From: a virus
Taxonomy: Duplodnaviria; Caudoviricetes
Direction: 5' to 3' (one strand)
Length of the DNA stretch: 64,000 nucleotides
Virus record (IMG/VR): IMGVR_UViG_3300020577_002776
Span: 4,697 to 68,696 of that record
Each line of letters starts with the position of its first letter. Position 1 is the stretch's first letter. A program made the translations under genes and the position numbers. Below, piece after piece: positions 1-7,641 of the stretch. The notes beneath the pieces were generated by a model. It had not been told where the DNA came from and did not search any database. It saw only the letters and a list, made by a program, of their open reading frames with translations.

Positions 1-205
1 TGTCCTGTTGGTTTCATGATATTTATCCAAATGCATTGTTGGTCTACGTATCTCTTACTGGCGATGCTGCTATCTATTTATGAGCAGACATTGGTGATGG
101 CTATTGCTACGGGGCTAAATGAGTTAGTGATTGGCACTTAGCCAACTACGGTAATTGCTTAGATAGCGTAGCCATCACCGATACCGGCTTGGGTATTGGT
201 CTTCC

Positions 206-430
206 TTACGATTCCTTGCGATTGTTGATTGCTTGCTTGAGCGACTCGACTACCATCCAATGCTCCGTAGTGCCAATGACTCTTACTACCTCACGAGCAG
301 CACGGACGATTGCTTCGGTCTGGTCTACGTGATCACGTAGCATCCTGAATGAGGTAGTCACGTCAAAGCAGGCTTTTAGATCAGTTGCGTATTCCTGGGC
401 AAGTGTGATCGTCTTTGGCACTGGCGTCAT
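206..430 (-). CDS. Hypothetical protein, 74 aa
   Basis: ORF overlaps the upstream gene stop by 4 nt (translational coupling); no motif recognised. Confidence 0.6.
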   Translation of the reverse strand: MTPVPKTITLAQEYATDLKACFDVTTSFRMLRDHVDQTEAIVRAAREVVRVIGTTEHWMVVESLKQAINNRKES

Positions 431-1002
431 AGCTGCTCCGTTAAGGCTGCGTTGCTAGGATGGTTGGCGTTCTCTGGCTTTGCTAGGCTATTCCAAAGAC
501 GGAGGCTAGTAAGCCTTGCTAAGTCGATTGCATCTACTGCGGTGATCGGCTTGGCATCCGTATTGGGCTTGGCCTTGCGGATTACGTTGATTGATACCCC
601 GGCGCTTCTGACCATCCGTGAGTCATGGCACAGCAGGATGATTCCGGAGTTGCTAGGCAGTTTCTCTGCTAGCTCGGGCTTCCATATGGCCTCTGGGAGC
701 GCGTAGTAATGCTTCCAGACCTTATCGGGCCACTCTCGCTTTTCGCGCGCTCCTGGGCCGTTTCTGCGGCTCCATGGCCTATGGTGATACCACTTGTCCT
801 TCTTCGGGTCCGCAAGCAAATCAGCCCGGCTAATCTTGACCTCTATGTCGGTGATCCGGAGATCAGGATTGACCACTAGCAGGTCGCATTCGTGGCCAGT
901 CCATCCGCAGTTGGGGACCACCAGCACGGAGCGGCTAGCAGTGAGTTGGTAGGCAAGAGCCCGGCTGATGCTGGCCTCTGTCCAGGGCTTCTCCGTGGCC
1001 AT
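427..1002 (-). CDS. MmcB-like PD-(D/E)XK nuclease-fold protein
   Basis: ECDLLVV...IEVKISRADL.AD..K.KW pattern typical of MmcB-related phage proteins. Confidence 0.65.
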   Translation of the reverse strand: MATEKPWTEASISRALAYQLTASRSVLVVPNCGWTGHECDLLVVNPDLRITDIEVKISRADLLADPKKDKWYHHRPWSRRNGPGAREKREWPDKVWKHYYALPEAIWKPELAEKLPSNSGIILLCHDSRMVRSAGVSINVIRKAKPNTDAKPITAVDAIDLARLTSLRLWNSLAKPENANHPSNAALTEQL

Positions 1003-1005
1003 TGC

Positions 1006-1347
1006 CTACACTGGCACAGGCATCGGTGCGCTTTGCAGGATAGTTTGGCTCGTAGGTCGGTATTCATCAGCCCGGACCTTGGTAGGAGTTTTAACGCAGG
1101 AAGCGCCACTATCTTCTGCTTTAGCTAACCGAGCATTGATCTCGTCCTTGAAGGCTTGCAGCTCCGCATCTAATTGCAGAATCAACGCCTTCGTCAAATC
1201 AGGCAACACTTCGCCAGGATTGGTGAATGCTAGGCGGGCTTCGACGTTTGAGAGCAGGGACATGGGGATGGCTCCGTAGAGTGGGGTGGGTTGATGGTCA
1301 GCAGGGGGCTTTGCTATCGAGTACTCGCATAGGGCAGCGTTGCTCAT
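1006..1347 (-). CDS. Hypothetical protein
   Basis: Co-oriented ORF ending 3 nt before the next start; ATG at 1347 preferred over TTG at 1353. Confidence 0.6.
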   Translation of the reverse strand: MSNAALCEYSIAKPPADHQPTPLYGAIPMSLLSNVEARLAFTNPGEVLPDLTKALILQLDAELQAFKDEINARLAKAEDSGASCVKTPTKVRADEYRPTSQTILQSAPMPVPV

Positions 1348-1871
1348 TTTCAAGAGGAGGCTTCTTGCAACCCGGCGCCAACCCGGGTGCTACTCGACAC
1401 GTTTAACGGCGTCACCGAAGCTGATGACCATCAACGGAGGGGCCTAACCGATCCCCCTTTGCCCAAACTGCCCCGTACATCCTAATCGGGTCCGGCCTAT
1501 CGGCCTTTAACGGGGCCGCAGGGCAGTTCGAAGGGCAGGCCCCTCCGTTGATGGTCCCGGGACTTTCACCCGGGTGCTTGTATGGGGGTCTGCAACCTTT
1601 GGTCGCAGACCCTGCTATCTACCATGATTAGTGGTAGTTTGATCTCGCCCCATCTGTAGGCAGTTTGGGAACTTTAGCCCCAGCATGAATGATGGAACCC
1701 CAAACTGCCTACAGATGGGTAAGGAAGGCGACCGCGGAGACCCCCTCCTTACTTTTCCCTCAGTAATGATCAAGGATCTACATATGACCTCCTGAACGCT
1801 CCCAGCTCTTTGACCTCGGCTAGCTGGGGGAAGCCTTCGGAATGTGCCGCACGATTCAAGGCGGACCCCCA

Positions 1872-1896
1872 TATATACGGCCCCGGCTAAAAATAC
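1872..1896 (-). promoter_or_regulatory. Phage-type promoter motif copy inside the structured region
   Basis: GTATT-14 nt ending in G-TATATA, the same geometry as nine other copies. Confidence 0.6.
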
Positions 1897-2108
1897 CCGG
1901 GTGAGCCGCCTGCCAGAACCCACCCGGGACCACGAAAGGGAGCCCCTGTGGGCAATCCATGAGAAACGAATGGATTGTTCGCAGCCTAGTTCTGCGAATC
2001 AAGGCCTATGCCAAGCTGGAGACTACACTGGAGATAGGCCATGCTGTGGCCCGCAGGAGCCCCCATCTACGCTGCTGGTCGGCGTAAATTCTTGCAGGGG
2101 AGCCAATG

Positions 2109-2135
2109 AAAAACGGGCTTGTTAGGCCCGTTTTT
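2109..2135. terminator. Bidirectional intrinsic terminator
   Basis: AAAAACGGGC/GCCCGTTTTT perfect 10-bp inverted repeat, giving a U5 tail on both strands. Confidence 0.75.
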
Positions 2136-2177
2136 GAGGGGTCAGTGTCAATTCTGACCATTACTATATGGGGAGCG

Positions 2178-2205
2178 ATACTATCATACTTTTTGGTATC
2201 TGCAA
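2178..2205 (-). promoter_or_regulatory. Possible sigma70 promoter
   Basis: TTGCAG-16 nt-TAGTAT with a TGn extended -10. Confidence 0.4.
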
Positions 2206-2210
2206 TCCCC

Positions 2211-2912
2211 CTAGTCCAAAAAGCCGGTCACCCCCTCCTGATCGAATAGGGCTGCTATCTGCATCAGGGCTTCCGTCAGCTCTCGCTCCAGGTATTCCCG
2301 AATCCATCCATCATGCTTGGCGGCGGTGATCGGGCTGACCTTGGCCTGCTTGGCTAGGCGTGAGATCGGGGTGGCCTCATTCAGGAAGTATCGCTCTACC
2401 AAGAGCCGACGCAAGACCGGCTCTGTGGATAGCCCCTTCTTGCCCGGCTGGCGCAACACGTCGGCCGTCTCCTTCAGGATCTCACACAGAGCCCCGATTG
2501 CTTGGCCCCACCGCTGGGTCTGGCGGAAGCCTTGGCAGCAGGGCGACTGGCAGTAGCAGGGGGCCGTAGGCTCAATATAACGGGCCTCCAAGATGCGAGC
2601 ATGGTGTGGGTCTAGCCTCCCCACTATCTGGAGGATAAACCCCGCCTGCATCGCTTTATTGAGGCCACGGAGCCGCTCCCCCGGCTGGCTGATGATGGTG
2701 GGCCGGGGTCTGCTTTCTGGCTCCTCTAGCGGATCAGGCCCCTGTAGGTGAAGGACCTTCTTCTTTTTCTTGGCCTTGGGCTTCGCAATAGGGACCGCCG
2801 CCATAGCCTTATTCATCACTGGTGAGGCAATGTGATAGGCTTCGGCGGCGTTCATTGCAAAGACCAGAGCCTTGTCCACGTGATCAAACGCGGGGGGCTC
2901 TGGGGTCGTCAT
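2211..2912 (-). CDS. Putative transcriptional regulator (antiterminator Q-like, Cys cluster plus C-terminal HTH)
   Basis: PCYCQSPCCQG cluster and an HTH-like ISRLAKQAKVSPITAAKH; ATG at 2912 overlaps the upstream TGA. Confidence 0.5.
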   Translation of the reverse strand: MTTPEPPAFDHVDKALVFAMNAAEAYHIASPVMNKAMAAVPIAKPKAKKKKKVLHLQGPDPLEEPESRPRPTIISQPGERLRGLNKAMQAGFILQIVGRLDPHHARILEARYIEPTAPCYCQSPCCQGFRQTQRWGQAIGALCEILKETADVLRQPGKKGLSTEPVLRRLLVERYFLNEATPISRLAKQAKVSPITAAKHDGWIREYLERELTEALMQIAALFDQEGVTGFLD

Positions 2913-3586
2913 ACTGCGTTGGTGGAGTAGTGATGACGGAGCAGGGCGTCCAGGTCTGGCTCCTGATAGTTCGGCCCCTTGATCCATTTGCCACTGGGGT
3001 CCTTGTCAATCATGCCGGTCTGCGGGTTGGCCTTGCTCAAGTTAGAGGTAGCCACTTCATCGTGCGCAGCCTGACCGGGGAGCCCGCAAGCCAGGCCCAT
3101 ACCGGCAACGACCACATGCAAATCAGTGCAGCCATCCAGTATTTCCTTGGCGACCTCCAGGGTCATTTGCTGATTAGCAGGAATCTCGACGCACTGGGCA
3201 ATACGCTCACGGATCACCTTAGACGTTGCCGCCATTACCCGGGCAATATGGGCGAAGTCCACGGCAATCCTGTACAGATCACTTCCCCGGCCCCTGGATA
3301 CGTCCTCGACCCCACCAGCAACCCCGGTCATGGTCTCTGCTGCTTCTTCAAGGATCAAGGCCGCGTAGAGCATGCCGGTCTTGGTCATCTGTGGGGAAGG
3401 CATCAGCACCTGCTGGCTGCGGGTCATCAGCTCTTGTTGACTGCGCCAAGGATTGGTGGTGCATGTTCGCTGCAATTGATTCCGTAGCCCCTTAATCTGG
3501 TGGCGTTGCACCAGGAGCTGAAGGAGCATAAAGCCCAGGATAAACAGAGCTGCCAGCAGGATAGAGTAGAAGGCAATGGGGTCCAT
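2909..3586 (-). CDS. MazG-like/PRA-PH all-alpha NTP pyrophosphohydrolase with N-terminal transmembrane helix
   Basis: LILEEAAE...EILDGCTDL.VV...EV..SNLSK...GK..KGPNY..PDL signature. Confidence 0.75.
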   Translation of the reverse strand: MDPIAFYSILLAALFILGFMLLQLLVQRHQIKGLRNQLQRTCTTNPWRSQQELMTRSQQVLMPSPQMTKTGMLYAALILEEAAETMTGVAGGVEDVSRGRGSDLYRIAVDFAHIARVMAATSKVIRERIAQCVEIPANQQMTLEVAKEILDGCTDLHVVVAGMGLACGLPGQAAHDEVATSNLSKANPQTGMIDKDPSGKWIKGPNYQEPDLDALLRHHYSTNAV

Positions 3587-3591
3587 GATCC

Positions 3592-4056
3592 TTATACCCC
3601 CATCGTAATAGCTTTGCCCATGAACACCGCGCTATTGGCGCCATGCTCTTTGACTTCCACGGACTGCAAGGTTACGCGGGGCGAGTAGCCGTTATCTTTG
3701 AGCCAGATTTCCGTGGCACCAAAGATCAGTTCTGCGAAGGCTTCGCAGCCTGTGTGCTCGACCATCACCACCCGGGCCAAACCTTTGGCTTGCAGGTCCA
3801 TAAAGGTTTCTACGTGGGGGTCATCCTCGGCCACCAGCAAGGTATGGTCAAAGGTGTCTTCCAGCCAGCCCTTAAGGCTTTTGAGCGAACCAAAGTCCAC
3901 CACCCAGTGGCGCACATCCAGCTCTTGAGCGGAGAAAACGAACTGAATGGCCAGCGCATAGCCGTGGAGCAGATTGCAATGGCTTTCCGCACGATGCTGA
4001 CGGAAGCAGGCAGACAGGCCCAACTCGTGGCCATAGGTTTTGGTACTCAAATGCAT
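3592..4056 (-). CDS. queD: 6-carboxy-5,6,7,8-tetrahydropterin synthase
   Basis: SHCNLLHGY...VVDFGSLK.LK..L...FDH..L...EAFAE...V.E...N.A T-fold motifs. Confidence 0.92.
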   Translation of the reverse strand: MHLSTKTYGHELGLSACFRQHRAESHCNLLHGYALAIQFVFSAQELDVRHWVVDFGSLKSLKGWLEDTFDHTLLVAEDDPHVETFMDLQAKGLARVVMVEHTGCEAFAELIFGATEIWLKDNGYSPRVTLQSVEVKEHGANSAVFMGKAITMGV

Positions 4057-4075
4057 AATAAATCCTCGATGAAGT

Positions 4076-4099
4076 AAAAAGAAAGGGACCGAAGTCCCC
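4076..4099 (-). terminator. Intrinsic terminator after the DUF932 gene
   Basis: GGGAC-TTCG-GTCCC followed by a T-rich tract on the minus strand. Confidence 0.75.
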
Positions 4100-4101
4100 T
4101 A

Positions 4102-4126
4102 GATATACCGAGCCCCAAGTGTTTAG
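4102..4126 (-). promoter_or_regulatory. Phage-type promoter motif upstream of queD
   Basis: CTAAA-14 nt ending in G-TATATC. Confidence 0.65.
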
Positions 4127-4140
4127 AGCTCAGTGGGAAA

Positions 4141-5190
4141 TCACAGGTCAGAGATTAACTCCAGGGCCTGCTGCTTGATGGCGTCACCTCGGCCGAACCA
4201 AGCCGCATCCAGCCGGGTATCCTGAGCACGGCCCATATCATGGTCCACGTGTTGGGTGACTGCGTTGAGCAGGCCCCACGCCGTGCCCTTAGCCGTCTTG
4301 AGCCCGGCACCCATGCCCTCACCTTGGTACAGATCGAGGATGCTGGTAACCGACCAGGGATCCTTGGCCTCCGGCTCTACGTCGACCTGGGACAGGTCCC
4401 CGAGCCATGCGAGCTTAGGAGCGAGTTTCTGCGCTTCCTTGACCCGGAACAGATCGTGGAGAATATCGCGCGCCTGCGCCACGGATACGGGGGTCTCCGC
4501 AAGTTCCTGAGCGTGGGCAAGGAACTGGGCGAAGCTATCTTGTTTGATCCCCAGTGCGTTTTTGACCAAGTTGGGATCAAAAGCAGAGCGGTGGCTGGTG
4601 GCCACAAACCGGGCGCCCCGTTCGTTGCGCAGAGCCAGGCTCAGTGTATTGGCACAGACCACGCGGACTGCCGTCTCTTTGGCAATGGTCTTCATGCTCC
4701 CGTCAAGGCTGGTAGCCAGCAGCAGGTTGCGCTTGATCTTGTCCCCTTTACCCACGTTGCCGGCATCCCCATTGGTGGCCATGGCCCAGAGCTTGCGGCC
4801 ACCACGGAGCACGCCAGCAGTGTGAATCCACCAGCCCCCGGTCTCGGTCATATCGCGGAAGAACTCCAGAATGTCGAGGGGCTGAACCACTTGGTAATCC
4901 TCCCCCACGATAGCGAGTTGAGCTTTGGTGTCGGAGCGATAAAGCATCTTGTAGCCTTCTGCTTGCTGCTCGTACTCCTCCAGGTCTCCTGGGGCGCCAC
5001 CTTTGAAGGGCCGATCTACTGTGAAGGTCAGGCCAGCCTCTCCGGCGCTCCAATCCATCCCGGCTTCCTTGGCCCAGACCCCAATGCTGGCGCCTTTGGT
5101 TACGGACTTGCCAAGACCATGCCATGGGGTTTCACCAACAAAAGCCATTTCGGCCGTGCCGTCAGTGCGTAAAGATAATTCGTGGCTCAT
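4141..5190 (-). CDS. DUF932 family phage/plasmid protein
   Basis: MAFVGETPWHGLG start, YQVVQP, AG.LRGGRKLW, S.DGS...T.VRVVCANT, TAWGLLNAVT..DH. Confidence 0.88.
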   Translation of the reverse strand: MSHELSLRTDGTAEMAFVGETPWHGLGKSVTKGASIGVWAKEAGMDWSAGEAGLTFTVDRPFKGGAPGDLEEYEQQAEGYKMLYRSDTKAQLAIVGEDYQVVQPLDILEFFRDMTETGGWWIHTAGVLRGGRKLWAMATNGDAGNVGKGDKIKRNLLLATSLDGSMKTIAKETAVRVVCANTLSLALRNERGARFVATSHRSAFDPNLVKNALGIKQDSFAQFLAHAQELAETPVSVAQARDILHDLFRVKEAQKLAPKLAWLGDLSQVDVEPEAKDPWSVTSILDLYQGEGMGAGLKTAKGTAWGLLNAVTQHVDHDMGRAQDTRLDAAWFGRGDAIKQQALELISDL

Positions 5191-5621
5191 TTGCGGACTC
5201 CTTTAACTGATTGAATTGCTTGGGAAACGCTCTGACCGGCTTTAATCCGTCGATATAAACGCAAATATGGAATCCCCAGAAGATTGGAAGTTTCCCGAAG
5301 ACTTAGCCCCCGAAATCGAATAGTGCTACTTTTATTGTTATTCTGCTGCGCTGCTGTAGCCCACCGACAGTTGCTTTTGCAATAACCACCAGCATTATCT
5401 TTGCGGTCTAATGAATGTTGATCCGTAGGCGGATGCCCCATGTCCTCGAAGAAATTCAAAAAATCTGCCCATCTAGGGTCTATTGAAATAGGTTTATCCG
5501 CATAAGCTCCGCAATTAGATAAACGTCCCTTCATTGCCTTCCATATCCGATAAGTTCGATGCTCCTGTAAATTGACACCAGAGGCCAATCCCAAAATTTT
5601 GATCGTATCACCATAAGCCAT
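5187..5621 (-). CDS. HNH-type homing-endonuclease-like protein
   Basis: W..MK.R...IDPRWADF..F.EDMG.PP...SLDRKDNAGGYCKSNCRWAT..QNNN. Confidence 0.82.
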   Translation of the reverse strand: MAYGDTIKILGLASGVNLQEHRTYRIWKAMKGRLSNCGAYADKPISIDPRWADFLNFFEDMGHPPTDQHSLDRKDNAGGYCKSNCRWATAAQQNNNKSSTIRFRGLSLRETSNLLGIPYLRLYRRIKAGQSVSQAIQSVKGVRK

Positions 5622-5771
5622 TTGTGTTTCCTCTTGATTAGGTGGAATGCCCACCGGGGGAGGCCCTCGTTAGAAGACCCAGCCCGTTGAGTTATTGCAA
5701 CGCCGTGCCTAGCAGAATAACGATGGCCAGAGCAACTGCCCAGAGCCAATCAACCAGCGTGGGGTTCATGC

Positions 5772-6785
5772 TCACAGCACCAAGTTATCAGTGCTACCAG
5801 CAGCCACTTTGAGGGCTTCAAGAGCACCAAACGTGTAGGCCAGCGCCAACTCCGGATCCTTAGCCACCCAAGCACGCAAATCATCCTTAGCCTTCATGCC
5901 TGCTGGCTCCAGCAAGGTTAGGAGGGCCGCTGCCATCTTGGCGCCTATCTCAGACAGGGCCACGTCATCCAGAGCGCGAATCTTCAAGGTCTTGCCCTTC
6001 TTGGCTGCTTTGGCTGCGCGGGTCTTTTCCACTTCCTTGAGCACGGCCCGGCGCTTGGTCGAATCTTTGCCCACGGCTTTGGCCTGCTTGACCAGCTCTT
6101 GCTGCTTGGCCTTGTCGCCCTTGGCAACCTTGGCAATCTGCTTGGCGATGGTCTTGCCAATAGAGCCATCAGTCACAGCTTCCTTCACGGATTCGTCAGC
6201 ATTGAGTAAGCCCATGATCTCAATCACGTGAACGTGCTTGCGCCCCACGGCGGCGCAAATCTCTTTGATGGTCATGCCGGCTTCCTGCATTTTCTTGTAG
6301 GCCATGGCTTCTTCCAAGGGAAGGAACGCCTTGCCCTCATTGGCAATGAACATCTTCAGCAGGCCGTCAATCTCGGTTTGATCTTTACCGTCGATCTTGG
6401 CAGGGATCCCGAACTCAAAGACTTCGCCCCGCTTGATCAGCAATTCAATGGCAGTCAAGCGGCGATCTCCGTCGACCAGCTCAAAAATGGGGCCGTCACC
6501 GGCAGCAAGGCGCTTCACCCGAATGTCATTCAAGAGGCCGTGTCCGTCCTGGGCTTTCTGGGTTTTGATTTGAGCAGCAAGGCGCTCAATGTCCCCAAAG
6601 TCGAAACGTGGGTTGTGGCCCTCTTTGCGAACGATCTTGGTGGGGTCAATAAAGAACTGGTTGGTGCGCTTCAGCACGCCGGCTGGGTTACTGGAAGACG
6701 AAGCAGCCGGGGCTTGCTTGCTATCTTTGGCTACCTTGGCAATGACTGCGGAGGCAGCGGCTTGGGCTTTTTTAGAATCAGACAT
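5772..6785 (-). CDS. ParB-like protein (ParB/Srx N-domain plus HTH)
   Basis: NPRFDFGDIE.LA.QIK...LL..I.V...ELVDGDRRL.A, followed by EEA.AYKKM...IKEICAAVGRK HTH. Confidence 0.82.
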   Translation of the reverse strand: MSDSKKAQAAASAVIAKVAKDSKQAPAASSSSNPAGVLKRTNQFFIDPTKIVRKEGHNPRFDFGDIERLAAQIKTQKAQDGHGLLNDIRVKRLAAGDGPIFELVDGDRRLTAIELLIKRGEVFEFGIPAKIDGKDQTEIDGLLKMFIANEGKAFLPLEEAMAYKKMQEAGMTIKEICAAVGRKHVHVIEIMGLLNADESVKEAVTDGSIGKTIAKQIAKVAKGDKAKQQELVKQAKAVGKDSTKRRAVLKEVEKTRAAKAAKKGKTLKIRALDDVALSEIGAKMAAALLTLLEPAGMKAKDDLRAWVAKDPELALAYTFGALEALKVAAGSTDNLVL

Positions 6786-6860
6786 TTGAAATCTCCTTAA
6801 GTTAAGGGTGAGCGGGATGCCAACCAGAAGGCCCAGCACGCTAGGCCGTCGGTTTGGTTA

Positions 6861-7076
6861 TCAGGCTACCACGTGGAACTTGAAGTGGACCATCGCCTGA
6901 ATAGCGCGCTCACCGATAAACACTGGGAAGAAGCGACCATCTTGTGTAGGCATGATGAAGTAGGTCAAATGGCTGGCCCATGCTGCGTCGGCTGGGAAGT
7001 GTTTCTCCACTGCCTTGACGGCATTGGCTTCTGTTGCGTACGTCTTGGTGGGCTGGAGTTTGATTTGCTTGGCCAT
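6861..7076 (-). CDS. Small early hypothetical protein
   Basis: ATG at 7076 preceded by AAGAGGA; KTYATEANAVKAV pattern. Confidence 0.7.
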   Translation of the reverse strand: MAKQIKLQPTKTYATEANAVKAVEKHFPADAAWASHLTYFIMPTQDGRFFPVFIGERAIQAMVHFKFHVVA

Positions 7077-7137
7077 GATTGGTTCCTCTTGAAGTTTGCT
7101 GATTTGAATTAAATCCGCATGTTGAGATTTTAATCCC

Positions 7138-7153
7138 AATCTTTACCAAGATT
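7138..7153. promoter_or_regulatory. Operator-like near-palindrome, copy 1 of TCTTNGTAAAGAT
   Basis: Reverse complement reads TCTTGGTAAAGAT; other copies at 9126-9138 and 14777-14789. Confidence 0.5.
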
Positions 7154-7200
7154 CCCACTTTTTTCAATTCTGCCCCACAAAAAGTGAAAAAAGACGAGAA

Positions 7201-7232
7201 AAAAGCCCCAAGGCTCACACCGAGGGGCTTTT
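7201..7232. terminator. Bidirectional terminator
   Basis: AAAAGCCCC/GGGGCTTTT inverted repeat. Confidence 0.65.
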
Positions 7233-7247
7233 CAGAGGATCAGGGCT

Positions 7248-7586
7248 CTATATAGAGGCTTGAGCCCGTGCTAGGGCCTCCTCGGCTGATCGGCGCTGCT
7301 CGGGGTCCCAGGTGACGGCCGGGCTCTTAATCAATGTATCCAGCCAGCGCAGGGCCAAGACCAAGGCATCCTTCTGAGCATTGGGGACCACCTCTTGTTT
7401 AACGGCAAGTTCAATCAAATGATGGTGCCATGGGGGTGATGCCTTCTCACCATGGTGCGTAATGAACGCCCCGCCGTCCCAGCAAAGGGGCTGGGCATCG
7501 CGGGCAGTATCCATTACGTACTGGCCCCCTACCGTGGGTTCGCGGAGGCAAGTTGTCCCATTAGCTTCTTGAATCAAATATGGCAT
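7248..7586 (-). CDS. Hypothetical protein
   Basis: ORF preceded by AGAGGAG Shine-Dalgarno. Confidence 0.65.
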   Translation of the reverse strand: MPYLIQEANGTTCLREPTVGGQYVMDTARDAQPLCWDGGAFITHHGEKASPPWHHHLIELAVKQEVVPNAQKDALVLALRWLDTLIKSPAVTWDPEQRRSAEEALARAQASI

Positions 7587-7641
7587 AAAACTCCTCTTGT
7601 GATTACGTAGGAAAATCTACGTAAAGCAATCATAACGCAAA

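Larger units (their letters stand above)
1351..2135 (-). ncRNA. Candidate large structured non-coding RNA or structured leader
   Basis: No credible ORF. Perfect 20-bp (1426-1445/1537-1556) and 21-bp (1649-1669/1699-1719) inverted repeats plus at least eight shorter stems. Minus strand is suggested by an internal promoter motif at 1896-1872 and by the flanking genes; G-U wobble evidence is mixed. Confidence 0.6.

Noticed and set aside
1-17. Start of an ORF (ATG at 17, minus strand) running off the left edge
   Set aside because: Only five codons are visible, so it cannot be supported
1426-1719. Retron msr-msd, CRISPR or TIGR array interpretation of the hairpins
   Set aside because: No reverse transcriptase, Cas or Nop-domain gene in the window, and no regularly spaced repeat-spacer units
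1950-2030. Group I intron-like strings GGGCAATCC and GAGACTACA
   Set aside because: No interrupted host gene, no convincing S element or P3/P7 geometry, and both strings lie within local hairpins; a cmscan would settle it
1362-2095. TTCTTGCA direct repeats bracketing the structured region as a target-site duplication
   Set aside because: An 8-bp match is plausible by chance, and no transposase or terminal inverted repeats were seen
1615-2125. ORF-track calls 1615-1923(-) and 1844-2125(+)
   Set aside because: No Shine-Dalgarno or motif, Arg/Pro/Ser-rich composition typical of non-coding frames, and they cross terminator-like structure
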